Below, piece by piece: positions 42,201-55,239 of a stretch of 64,000 bases of DNA; positions within the stretch are counted from its first letter, which is position 1, and each line of letters opens with the position of its first letter. The translations under genes were made by a program, and so were the position numbers. The stretch is taken from positions 92,876,001 through 92,940,000 of the forward strand of contig OZ024746.1 in NCBI GenBank assembly GCA_964016885.1, read 5' to 3'. Under the pieces are notes generated by a model that was given only the letters and a program-made list of their open reading frames with translations, made no database searches and had not been told where the DNA came from. The stretch comes from Eledone cirrhosa. Its lineage: Eukaryota.

Positions 42201-42663
42201 ATTAATTAATTATGAAAATCCATTAATTAATTATGTAGATCCTTAGCCATTCATTGGCAGAATCGTTAGAACACTGAATAACAATGTCTTGCAGTATTTG
42301 CTCCAGCACTTTATATTCTCTGATCAAACCCTACTGTGGTTAATTTTGCTTTTCATCCTTCCAGGGTCGATAAAATATAATCCCAGTCAAATACTGGAAT
42401 CAATTTCATCCACTGTTTACCTCTCACTCACAAAATTTCTTTCTGGCTTTGTGCTTGTGTTAAAAATGGGTAATTACTGCATGTGGTAATGAACCATACA
42501 TTTTATGACACCTATATTAATCAGATGGACTGAGCCATTTAAAATTAAGCATTTCTGTTAAGGACTCCACCTGTGGATGGATAGATACTGATCTTTCTGC
42601 CCATTGGCAAATATTTCTGTATCTCTCCATTTAGCTTTATATTTCTTAATTTTGATAGTGTGC

Positions 42664-42908
42664 ATAGCTCAAAGATCAGAGAATCACTCCAGGTAGAGCT
42701 CCTACTTCTCCAAATTGAGAGGTCACAGCTCCAATACTATGGAAATGTGGTTAGAACGTCTCAGGAGTAGACACCAGCTTGGCTGGTCTTGCTTGGAGAT
42801 CCAGCCGGATCAGTTGGAGACAGTTGCTTCTGACACAACTCCTGCTGGAAGGAGTGTTTGAGGACTCTGCCCCCACGACCCTCTTAGAAATAAGTGGGCA
42901 AAGAAGAA
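42664..42908 (+). mobile_element. Rex3/Expander-like RTE 3' fragment
   Basis: ESLQVELLLLQIERSQLQYYGNVVRTSQ...LPPRP-like end. Confidence 0.7.
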
Positions 42909-44711
42909 ATAATGGAATAGTACACCTGTGTTGAAAATGGCTGAGAATTTGGCAAAGGTCCATGGGAATGGGGTGTATTTAGCACTGCAAGTTAATCACC
43001 TATTAACACTGCTAATTAGATAACAATTAATTAAACAGACATAGCTGAGTTGTTAAAAAGTTCACTTTGCACTCACTTTAGTATTAGTGAACAATTAACT
43101 ACATATAACACATGATTAACCCTTTTTGAGTATATTTCTAATGAAATATACTCTTTCAATTAATTGAGAATTCTTAGTGATTTACTAAAATTATTTCATT
43201 ACTAAGAGAGTAACTACACAGATGGTACTTATATAAAATTGTTATAAGATTTTCATTTAAATAGGAACACATCTTAAAATGGGTGACTTTGTTTATTAGA
43301 ACCAGAGCTGGTTTTGCTAAGGTTGGTATCAGGTTTAATCTGCCATAGATTATAAAACTACATACAAGCGAATGAAGGAGCCTCTATGGAGTCACTCCAC
43401 CTGCTAGAAATACTACCCAAATCTCCCTCGGATCAAACCTTATGCCTTGATACAATATCTCTGCAAAGAAAACGGTGGGATGATCATAGTTAGAATGCCT
43501 TTTTCATCATAGATTGTAAGGTTGTAGGTTTGATTCCTGGACCATGCAGTGCATTGTTTTTGAGTAAGAATCTTCATTTCATGTTATTTTTCATAATAGG
43601 ATTGGGTTTCCTATCATCAAAATACCAAAGAAACCTCCTATGAGATGGAACATCATATGAGGCCAGCTAAACCTACATAGATATGAGCTGTAAATGTCAT
43701 ATTTTTTCAACTGCTCACTGACTTTTTTTGTATATGTTACAGGATGATCAAAGTTAGAGTACCTTTTGATCATAGATCAGCTTGATTGGTCTGACTTTGA
43801 GCTAAACATAAAAAATAACAACAGAGCACTCCCTTTACTACCATGGAAAATGGACAATAAAGGACGATTATGATGATAGTATACACACACACACACACAC
43901 ACACACACATGCCCAACCCTTGCAAGTGTGGAAAAGTGGACATAAAAACGATGATTATGATATATATATATATATCTGTGTGTGTGTTAATAAAGAGGAA
44001 CTAAAGTCTAGTGCGTTGAAGTATATTTATTGATGGTACTAAATGAGGCATAACAACATACATTTCTAGAAGAATGCAATTGTACAGCAGTCTTGTCAAC
44101 AGTTTTGCTGTTGTGAAAAACATTAAGAACATAAATAATGGTGTTAATGGGTTTCAAGTAGGACTTGAAACTAGTTACAAGTGGAGCGCCTCAATATTTC
44201 TTCCTCATTGTGCTGAAGAATGCACATACCTGGGAATACTGACTAAGTCACAAACATTCATAATACACTCTGTTTCTAGGTTTTGAAGCAGTGAACCAGT
44301 ACAGGGCTATAGTGTAGTATTGGTGTCAATGGCTGAAGCAAGGTCAACTCTGTGGCATTTCCTTTCTATAAATATAAATTTAAGGGGGAGGGGGTTATGG
44401 GAGAGGGTTAAGTAGGGAAGGTGGTAAAAAAATAAGAAAGAAAAGCTGAAGTATTGCTTAGTCTACTTAAAAGTCTGGTTTGATGGCTGGATGATATGTT
44501 TTGTATGTAAACATTCAAAGTAAATAACCTTTATGTGCAGCTGTTTCTAGGTAAATATGTCTTGGTTGTAGGCATGGATATGTGGTTGAGGAGTCTTCAT
44601 AACCACATGGTTTTGGTTCAGTTCCAGTGTGTTGCACCTTTGGCAAATATCTTCTTTAACCTTGTGAATGAAATTTGGTAGAGGGGGATCTGTAGAAGGC
44701 CATTGTATATA

Positions 44712-46099
44712 CAAGGTATGTTCAATAAGTAATGAGAAAATTTCAGAAGAGGCATTAAATATCATTCAATAAGAAACTTACATATAATATATAAAGTGAC
44801 TAACTGGCAACTTCCTGTCTGCCTAGACTGGAGCACAGCGGTATATGTGGTGGAACTAGTTTGATGTGATTTGCTGATATGTCAACACCTGGCAAATGCA
44901 GGGAAACATGGAATGTTATGCCATCAATTTTGTGTTAAACTTAAGAAAACCAAACAATGTTAGATGAGGCCTAAGGGGGATGAATTGATGTGCAAAGCAA
45001 GTTTCTACAAGTTTAAATGATTTTCTGAAGGAAATGAACAGGTTGAGGATGAATGCAGATCAAGAGCACCAAACAGCACATGAAAGGAGGAAATCATTGA
45101 AGAAGTGCAAGGGTTAATGATGCAAGATCATTGAGCTCCTGTGAGGATGATATCTGAAGCCGTTGGTATTAGTATTGACATAATAGAAATAATTCTGATT
45201 AAAGATCTGGAGCTCCACAAAGTCTGTGTCAAGTTCATGACAAAGATCGTTTCTTACGACCAGAGGCAGTTTCGTATGGAATGTTGCGCTGACATTCTTG
45301 ATATGATAGAGGCTGATTCTGGTTTCCTGAATAAAGTAGTGACTTGCGATGAGTTGGGTATTCACATATGACACTGAGAGCAAATGTAAGTGCTCAGTGG
45401 AAGCACATCTCCTCCTCCAGGCCCAAGAGAGCAAAGATGATCAGGTTGCAAGAGCAGGCCATGGTCATTCTTTCTTCAACTCCCAGAGGCTAATTCACAT
45501 TGAATGGGTTCTTGAGGGCCAAACTGACAATGAGTATTACCTTGAAATTCTGAAAAGGTTTAGGAAGAGGATGAAGAAGAGGTTGCAGCAGTGGTGAGTA
45601 GGGGTTCCACCAGGACAATGCCCCATGCCACAAGTCAATGCTGGTGACCACCTGTATAACCAATAGGGGAATGTGAGTCGTACAACACCCACCCTACAAC
45701 CCCGACCTGACTCCTTGTGACTTTTTCCTGTTCCCATGCAGGGAAATCAGATTCATGTCGACACAAGAGCTGAAGGAGGAATCAGTGAATTTCCTGATGG
45801 GATTGTAGGAGTGTATTGATGTGATTGTAGGAGTGTGTTGATGTGATTGTAGGAGTGTGTTGATGTGATTGTAGGAGTGTGTTGATGTGATTGTAGGAGT
45901 GTGTTGATGTGATTGTAGGAGTGTGTTGATGTGATTGTAGGAGTGTGTTGATGTGATTGTAGGAGTGTGTTGATGTGATTGTAGGAGTGTGTTGATGTGA
46001 GAGATCATTATTTTGAAGGGGTTGAAGGGGACAGCTTTGTAAGCTTATGAAAATAATGACTATCCTGAAATTTTCTTGTTACTTATTGATCATACCTTG
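44712..46099 (+). mobile_element. Decayed mariner DNA transposon (DD34D-type) with TIRs and TA target duplication
   Basis: 35-bp TIRs at 44712-44746 and 46065-46099 (3 mismatches), flanked by TA; frameshifted transposase motifs VVTCDE-WVFTYDTESK, HQDNAP, HPPYNPDLTPCDFFLFP, HYFEG. Confidence 0.9.
45801..45998 (+). repeat. 22-bp minisatellite (9 copies) inside the mariner
   Basis: Unit gattgtaggagtgtgttgatgt; only the first copy differs. Confidence 0.95.
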
Positions 46100-46312
46100 T
46101 ATATGTGAGTGTGTGTGTGTATGTATGTATTTATGAGTGTGTGCATATATATATATAGAGAAAAATATATATATATATAGAGAGAGAGAGAGAGGTTAGT
46201 TCCACAACAGTTAATAAACCATTTTTGAGGATGCATATATTTCATTCTACCGAATTCGTCCCATGGACTGAGTGTCTACTACTATGGATATGGCCTCCTG
46301 GTGTTCTACCAC

Positions 46313-46343
<31 letters not shown>

Positions 46344-46468
46344 TAAAATAACAGATTAAGTTTGCTCTAGGGTTCTTATAACTCTTATATATTTGATATA
46401 TATTTATCCTTATCGAGCCCTCTTTGGATTTTAGTCTTCACATTTTTATTATTACTACTTTTTTTTAT

Positions 46469-46505
<37 letters not shown>

Positions 46506-46587
46506 AAAGTTCTATTTAAAATTGTTGGGATACAACAAGTAAATATTTTATAACTGATATAAAGCACTCGACAAGTTTTTGGAGTAG

Positions 46588-47082
46588 ATATACGATATTA
46601 ATAAATGGAAACTATATTTATAAAACCATATTTATTTCATTGTACATATTTCAGGGATACCAAATTAAAATATGGTATGCCTTCATCAGACAAAATACAA
46701 TATATAAACAGTTTTATAAATAATTTTGACGTACCCTATTAAATGCAACCATTATTTTCCTCCTATCTATTTATCTCTTTCTTTTCTACATACATTTCTC
46801 TCTCTCTCCGATATTTCTCCAGGTTTTCTTTTTCTTTCTCTCCGTCTTTTTCTAATTGTGCTTAACACTATAACTAATAAAATAATATAAACATTTCACT
46901 ATCCAGACAGCTTCCAAAAATAATGTTTGCATTTAATAGGGTACGTCAAAATTATTTATAAAACTGTTTATATATTGTATTTTGTCTGATGAAGGCATAC
47001 CATATTTTAATTTGGTATCCCTGAAATAAGTATAATGAAATAAATATGGTTTTATAAATATAGTTTCCATTTATTAATATCG

Positions 47083-47087
<5 letters not shown>
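46588..47087. repeat. 161-bp inverted repeat (178-bp spacer) with a hammerhead-like motif; probable Penelope pLTR remnant
   Basis: Arms 46588-46748 and 46927-47087 with two mismatches seen; CTGATGA 46986-92, AGGcATACCA/TGGTATcCCT stem II, GAAA 47023-26. Related sequence at 56825-56970. Confidence 0.8.
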
Positions 47088-47113
<26 letters not shown>

Positions 47114-47465
47114 TGTATGTGTGTGTTTACAGCTGCTGATTATGTCCTGTAACTTAATTTCAAATTCCACTCACAAGGCCTTGGTCAACTTGAGGCTACA
47201 GTAAAAAGACACTTGCTTAAAGTGCCATGCTGTGTAACTGAACGCCAAACCTTGTGTTTGTGAAGTGAACTCCTTAACCACACAGCCATACTTCTGTCTA
47301 TTGGGGTAACTTCTATTATTCCACATTCTATATAATCAATGCTTTTTACAAAAATCAATATTTTAACCTATTTCTCCCTCCTCCAAATTGCTGGTTGTTT
47401 CGGCTCTACCTTTGTAATGTTATTTTTGGGAAGGAATTGTAACACATTGATAAGACCTTATTTCA

Positions 47466-47900
47466 GCGTGTGTGTGTGTGGATATGTGCGCGTTTGTGTG
47501 TGTGTGTAAGCTGCACATGTGAGTGCATATCCGGCTGCATGTGTGTGTGAGGCTGCATGTGAGTGCATGTCTGTATGATGTATTTGTGTACGTGTAAGCT
47601 GCACATGTGAGTGCATATCTGCCTGCATGTGTAAAATGTACATGTGTGTGTGAGAGTGCACATCTGCCTGTGGCTGCATGTTTGTGCATGTGAGCGCATA
47701 TCTGCATGCATGAATTTGTCTGTGTGAGTACATATCTGTGTGCATGTCTGCATGCACGAATTTGTGTATGTGTAAGCTGCACATGTGTGTGAGTGCATAT
47801 CTGCCTGCATGTTCCTGCATTTGAGTGCATGAATTTGTGTGTGCACGCATGTGAGAGAGAGCATGTATGTGTTTATGTGGATGTTTGTGAGAGCATGTGT
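47466..47900. repeat. Degenerate TG/GCAT-rich minisatellite
   Basis: Recurring gtaagctgcacatgtg..gagtgcatatctgcctgcatgt. Confidence 0.85.
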
Positions 47901-47979
47901 TCGTTTTTTTAGGAGAAGGCTGTATTATTAAAGACATTAATCCACAACACCTTCATGTTGATGTTGATGCTTCTACGAT

Positions 47980-48250
47980 CACTACTACCACCACCACTAC
48001 TATCACTATTACCACCACTACTATCACTATTACCACCACTACTATCACTATTACCACCACTACTATCACTATTACCACCACTACTATCATTACTACCACC
48101 ATTACTATCATTACTACCACCATTACTATCACTACTACTCTCACTACTACAACCACCACCATTGCTATTACTCCAACCACTACCACTTCTACTACTACTA
48201 TCACCTCCTTCCATCACTCTTACTACTGTCACTACTACTATTACTGCTAT
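47980..48250. repeat. (ACC/ACT)n trinucleotide tract with a 21-bp period
   Basis: Repeats of ccaccactactatcactatta. Confidence 0.9.
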
Positions 48251-48742
48251 TAGCACCAAAATAGTGACCCTGGCAATGCTGATATGATTGGATCCAGTAC
48301 TCCCTAAGGTTAAGCAAGTGCTACGAAAGGCACAAGGGTTGGGTGTGGGCATAAAAAGGGAGTAGAGAGAAAAAGACATTAACAAAACAATCCGAAACAA
48401 GGGGCTGTTCTTCTCTTATGTTTGTTTTCATTAGAATGCCAGCTATCTTCTTCACAATAACACCTTTTTATGTTTTCTGTAAAATATTCCATAGGCATGG
48501 CTGTGTACTTAAGGAATTGGCTTCACACACGTGTGGTTCTAGGTTCTGTCATGCTGTGTGATCCCTTGGGCATGGGCTTTCTGCTGTAGCTGGGGGTTGA
48601 CCAAATCTGGTTTGACATTGTAAGTGAAATTTGGTAGATGGAAGCGTGTGTTGCATGAATAATATGTGTGTGTGTAGACATTCACATGTGTATATACATA
48701 AATATGCATATGTGTGTGTATGTGTATATATATATGTATATA

Positions 48743-50561
48743 GATAGGAGTAACTATAGAGGCATTAAATTAATCGACCAGGTCATGAAGGTCACGGAAA
48801 AAGTAATAGCGCAACTAATCAGGGAGAGGATTGACCTAGATGAAATGCAGTTCGGGTTTGTGTCAGGCAAAAGTACCACAGACGCTCTTTTCATAGTACG
48901 ACAACTACAGGAGAAGTACCTAGCTAAAGGTAAACCCCTCTACTTAGCTTTTGTCGACTTGGAGAAAGCCTTCGACAGAGTCCCCCGCTCCATTATCTGG
49001 TGGGCTCTTAGAAAACTAGGTGTTGACGAATGGCTTGTGAGGGCTATACAAGCCATGTATAAAGAAACAGTCAGCAAGGTTAGAATTAACAACGAATATA
49101 GTGAAGAGTTTAGCGTAAAAGTTGGCGTCCATCAGGGCTCTGTTCTCATCCCCCTACTATTTATTATTGCCCTTCAGGCTATAACAGAGGAGTTCAAGAC
49201 CGGCTGCCCATGGGAACTCCTATATGCAGACAACCTGACACTCATAGCGGAATCAATGGCTGAGCTAGAGAAGAAATTCCAAACATGGAAGCACGGCCTA
49301 GAGTCAAAAGGACTTAAAATTAACCTGGCTAAGACTAAAGTTCTAGTTTCTAGGAAAGAAAACAAGGCAGCGGTCCCTTCTGGGAAATGGTCGTGCTCGG
49401 TGTGTAGGAAAGGCGTAGGTAGAAACTCCATTTTATGTCCTAAATGCAAAGTATGGGTGCATAAAAGATGTAGTGGGATCACAGGTAAGCTAACTAAGAA
49501 CATAGATTTTACATGTGGCCGGTGTTCTGGTGCAATAAGTAGCAGCAAGTGCCCACAAAATACTAGCTCTTTCAATTGCGCAGAGGGTTCTATAGAAATA
49601 GTGGACAGCTTCCGTTACCTGGGCGATAAAATCAGCAGTGGGGGAGGGTGCTCTGAAAGTACAGTAGCTAGAGTCAGAACTGGTTGGAAAAAGTTCAGAG
49701 AGCTTATACCACTATTAGCTGCTAAAGGGTTCTCCCTAAAAATGAAAGGCAGGTTGTACGATGCCTGCATACGAACAGCAATGTTGCATGAGAGACCTGG
49801 GCATTGTGTGCAGAGGATATACGCAGACTAGAGAGGAACGAAGCTTGCATGCTCCGCTGGATGTGTAACAGTAATATACGTGAACGGCAAAGCATAAACG
49901 AACTAAGGAAAAAATTAGAGATAAGAGGGATCAGATGTTGTTTACTCGAGAGAAGGCTACGTTGGTATGGACATGTGATGCGCATGAAAGTCGATAGCTG
50001 TATAACAAAGTGCAGGGCAATAAAGATAGACGGTAGCCACGGAATAGGCAGACCTAGAAAAACCTGGGACGAGCTGATAAACTCCGACCTCACACACTTA
50101 CACCTCTCCAAGACAATGTCACTGGACCGAGACCTTTGGCGGTACTCAGTAACAGAGAAGACCCGCCTTACCTAAATATATAGTAAAACCTACTCCAGCC
50201 AGTAGGCATCTCTAACAAAATACACCCCGTCCCACCACCACCACCCCCACCCCATCCACACCACCCCGTTCTATGTAAAGTTATGTTGGTGCCGCGCCAT
50301 CCAGGCCGAAACAAATGAGATCGTGTAGGTGTCACGACAAAAAACACACAGTCCATGCTGTAATGTGGCCGTGTAGGCAACACGGTAAAAACCTCCCAGA
50401 CCCACACTGTAAATGTGGTTGGTGTTAGGAAGGGCATCCAACTGTAGAAAACCTGCCAGACAGTCCTATGCAAGCAAGACAATCACTCTTGCCTCAAGTG
50501 GGACTACCCCCGTCCAAACCCATGCAAGCGTGGAACACGGACGTTAAACGTTGATGATGAT
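48743..50561 (+). mobile_element. RTE-clade LINE, 5'-truncated, RT + internal PHD finger, inactive
   Basis: NYRGIKL, QFGF, FVDLEKAFDRV, GVHQGSVL; YADN instead of YADD; C4HC3 finger at 49394-49525; frameshift near 49790; [19 protein letters not shown]; 3' UTR ending in (GAT)n. Confidence 0.92.
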
Positions 50562-50703
50562 ACATAGATGTGTGTGTGCGTGGATAGTCACATGTATATA
50601 AACATATACGTGTTTGTGTATATATATATATATATATACATGTGTGTATGTGTATGTATGTATGTGTATGCATGTATGTATGTATATGTGTATGTATGTA
50701 TGC

Positions 50704-51808
50704 ATCATTCATCATCATCGTTTAATGTCCATCTTCCACGCTACCATGGGTTTGGACGGGAATTTTCCCACTTGAGGCAAGATTAGTTGTCTTGCTCATA
50801 TAGGACCGTCTGGCGGGTTTTCTACGGCTGGATGCCCTTCCTAACACCAACCACGTTTACAGTGTGGACTGGGAGGTTTTTACCGTGTTACCTACACGGC
50901 CACATTACAGCGTGGACTGTGTGCTTTTTTGTTGTGACACCTACACGACCTCATTTGTTTCGGACTGGATGTTGTGGTACCAACATAACTTTACATTGAA
51001 AGGGGTGGTGTGGATGAGGTGGGGGTAGTGGGACGGGGGTGTATTTTTGTTAGAGGTGCCTACTGACTGTAGGTTTCGCTTTGTACTTAGGCAAGGCGGG
51101 TCTTCTGTATGACTGTGTAGTGCCAAAGATCTCGGTCCAGTGACATTGTCTTGGAGAGGTGTAAGTGTGTGAGGTCGGAATTTATCAAGTCATCCCAGGT
51201 TTTTCTGGGTCTGCCTACTCTGTGGCTACCGTCTATTTTTATCGCCCTGCACTTTTTTATACAGCTGTTGTCTTTCATGCGCATCACGTGACCGTACCAA
51301 CGTAGTCTTCTCTCGAGTAAACAACATCTGATCCCTCTTATTCCTAATTTCTCCCTTAGTTCGTTTATGCTTTGCCGTTCACGTATATTACTATTACACA
51401 TCCAGCGGAGCATGCAAGCTTCGTTTCTCTCCAGTCTGCGTATATCCTCTGCACACAATGCCCAGGTCTCACTGCCATGCAACATTGCTGTTCGTATGCA
51501 GGCATCATACAGCCTGCCTTTCAAATTTAGAGAGAACCCTTTAGCAGCCAATAGTGGTATAAGCTCTCTGAACTTTTTCCATCCCGTTCTGACTCTAGCT
51601 ACTGTACTTTCAGAGCACCCTCCACCACTGCTGATTTTGTCACCCAGGTAATGGAAGGTGTCCACTATTTCTATAGAACCATCTGTGCAATGGAATGAGC
51701 TAGTGTTGTGTGGGCACTTGCTGCTACTTATTGCACCAGAGCACCGGCCACATATAAAATCTATATTCTTAGTTAGCTTACCTGTGATCCCACTACATCT
51801 TTTATGCA
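50704..51808 (-). mobile_element. Second copy of the PHD-RTE LINE (3' part), inverted
   Basis: HKRCSG...[10 protein letters not shown]...GRPRKTW...RLA* in ORF 51087(-); same 3' UTR and (GAT)n tail. Confidence 0.92.
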
Positions 51809-51992
51809 TGTATGTATGTGTATATATATATATATATGTATGTATGTATATATATATGTATGTATATATATATGTATGTATATATATATGTATGTATATA
51901 TATATATATGTATGTATATATATATATGTATGTATATATATATATATGTATGTATATATATATATGTATGTATATATATATATGTATGTATA

Positions 51993-52025
<33 letters not shown>

Positions 52026-52864
52026 ATATATATATGTATGTATGTATGTATGTATATATGTATGTATATATGTATGTATATATGTATGTATGTATATATG
52101 TATGTATATATATATGTATGTATGTATATATATATGTATGTATGTATATATATATGTATGTATGTATATATATATGTATGTATGTATATATATATATATG
52201 TATGTATATATATATATATGTATGTATATATATATATATGTATGTATATATATATATGTATGTATGTGTATATATATGTATGTATGTGTATATATATGTA
52301 TGTATGTGTATATATATGTATGTATGTGTATATATATGTATGTATGTGTATATATATGTATGTATGTGTATATATATGTATGTATGTGTATATATATGTA
52401 TGTATGTGTATATATATGTATGTATGTGTATATATATGTATGTATGTGTATATATATGTATGTATGTGTATATATATGTATGTATGTGTATATATATGTA
52501 TGTATGTGTATATATATGTATGTATGTGTATATGTATGTATGTATGTGTATATGTATGTATGTATGTGTATATGTATGTATATGTATGTATGTGTATATG
52601 TATGTATGTGTATATGTATGTATGTGTATATGTATGTATGTGTATATGTATGTATGTGTATATGTATGTATGTATGTGTATATGTATGTATGTGTATATG
52701 TATGTATGTATGTGTATATGTATGTATGTGTATATATATGTATGTATGTATATATGTATATATATATATGTATATATGTATATATATATGTATGTATGTA
52801 TATATATATATATATATGTATATATATGTATGTATGTATATATATATATATATGTATATATATG

Positions 52865-52903
<39 letters not shown>

Positions 52904-53016
52904 GTATGTATGTATATATATGTATGTATGTATATATGTATGTATGTATATATGTATGTATATATATATATATATGTATGTATATATATATGTATGTATA
53001 TATATATATGTATGTA

Positions 53017-53052
<36 letters not shown>

Positions 53053-53164
53053 TGTATATATATATGTATGTATATATATATGTATGTATGTGTATGTATG
53101 TATATATGTATGTATGTGTATGTATGTATATATGTATATATATATGTATGTATGTATATGTATG

Positions 53165-53203
<39 letters not shown>

Positions 53204-53620
53204 GTATATATATATATATGTATGTATATATATATATATGTATGTATATATGTATGTATATATATATGTATATATGTATGTATGTATATATATGTATGTA
53301 TGTATGTATATATATATATGTATGTATGTATATATATATGTATGTATATATGTATGTATGTATGTATATATGTATGTATGTATGTATATATGTATGTATG
53401 TATGTATATATGTATGTATGTATATATGTATGTATGTATGTATGTATATATATATGTATGTATATATGTATGTATATGTATGTATGTATATATGTATGTA
53501 TGTACATATATGTGTATGTATAATGAGTGTACATATATATGTGTATATGTATATATGCACATACAAACACAGACATGTATGCATGAACATAAATATATGC
53601 ATATAAATGTGTGTGTGTGT
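51809..53620. repeat. Large (TATG)n/(TA)n compound microsatellite (~1.8 kb)
   Basis: Seen directly; source of the 580-830 aa low-complexity ORFs. Confidence 0.97.
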
Positions 53621-53916
53621 GTAGAGATGGATGAGATGTTTTTGGTTAAAACCAGTATGACAATTATGTAGCATAGCTATCATAACACCCTATGTCCCAC
53701 AGTTATGTTTTTACTGTTGCAATAGTAAATAAATTGATTTCTTATTTGTTATTGATATGCTAAAAGCTTAACTAGTTCCGAAACTAGCTGTTGAAACGGG
53801 AAGAGGTCAGCCGTTGGATCCGAACTCTTTAATATAGCTATACTCTACTACCCCTAGTATCAAGTACTCTGAGTAATGGGCTAACCAGTTTCAAACTTTT
53901 TCTATCCTGATATATA

Positions 53917-53949
<33 letters not shown>

Positions 53950-53950
<1 letters not shown>

Positions 53951-54380
53951 ATTTCATTTTACGTCCGCTTTTCCCTGCTTGCAAGGGTGGGACGGGAACT
54001 GATTCTGGCTTGATTTCTACAGCTGGATGCCCTTCCTAACACCAACCTCATTTACAGTGAGTGCTGGGTGCTTTTTTTCCATGGTGCCTACATGTCCACT
54101 TTACAGTGTGGGCTGGGTGCTTTTTTGCCGTGGCGCCTACACGTCCACTTTACAGTGTGGGCTAGGTGCTTTTTTTTGCTGCGGCAACTCCACGACCACT
54201 CTACAGTGGAATGATATGGACCCCAGTCCCTATCATCTCATTTCTACAGGTGAGTAAACTGGAGCAATGTGAAATAAAGTGTCTTGCTCAAGGAAACAAC
54301 ACATCACCCGGTCTGAGAATTGAACTCACAACCTTTCGATTGCAAGGCCAATGCTCTAACCACTAAGCCATATGCCTCCA
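53950..54380 (-). mobile_element. Composite SINE with RTE-derived tail; near-duplicate at 55375-55752
   Basis: Shared gggaactgattctggcttgatttctacagctggatgcccttcc...caaggccaatgctctaaccacta. Confidence 0.75.
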
Positions 54381-54620
54381 TATATCTCTATATATACACA
54401 CATACATACATACAAATCTACCAAAATAAACGGTAGTGTCCAATCCGTATGAAGAACTCAATGTAATCCAAATATAGAAGATATCATGAAAAGAGAAAAT
54501 GCATTCAAAATTTAACGATAAAAATTATAGATGTATCCCGTCCAAACCCATGCAAGCGTGGAACACGGACGTTAAACGTTGATGATGATATATATATGTG
54601 TATTTACACATGTGTATATA

Positions 54621-54979
54621 CAACCATGTGCCATACACACTATCTTTACACAATAGTAACTAAAATAAATTTAAAAACGGAGTATTCTCATTGATTTAGT
54701 AGTATAGTGGTAATAACTGAACAAATTAATTAGTTATCAAAATAAATACACACATATATATATCACCATCGTTTTATATATACACATGTATATGTATATG
54801 GGTGTATATATATATATATAAAACGATGATGATGATATATATATGTGTGTGTATTTATTTTGATAACTAATTAATTTGTTCAGTTATTACCACTATACTA
54901 CTAAATCAATGAGAATACGCCGTTTTTAAATTTATTTTAGTTACCATTGTGTAAAGATAGTGTGTATGGCACATGGTTG
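54621..54979. repeat. ~160-bp inverted repeat around a TA/TG core; third copy at ~55845-56020
   Basis: caaccatgtgccatacacac...catcgttttata and its reverse complement. Confidence 0.9.
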
Positions 54980-55191
54980 CACTACAATGGATATACAAAA
55001 CATCTTGTGGTAGTGAGATTTCATAACTCTATTATTATCACCATTTAACATTGCATGGGTCAGACAGGTCGTCCACATTATGAGACAAGTCTGGCCAGTT
55101 GGCTATGCTGTAACTTGCTCAAACGGAACTGTATATTGGTTGGGATTTATTACAGCTGGATTCCCTTCCTAACACCAACCACGTTTTTTTT

Positions 55192-55239
<48 letters not shown>

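Noticed and set aside
49480-49490. CAGGTAAGC as another recursive splice site
   Set aside because: Inside RTE coding sequence with no polypyrimidine tract.
51658-53683. 580-830 aa ORFs on both strands
   Set aside because: Microsatellite read-through; only the 51087-51808 part is real (RTE) coding remnant.
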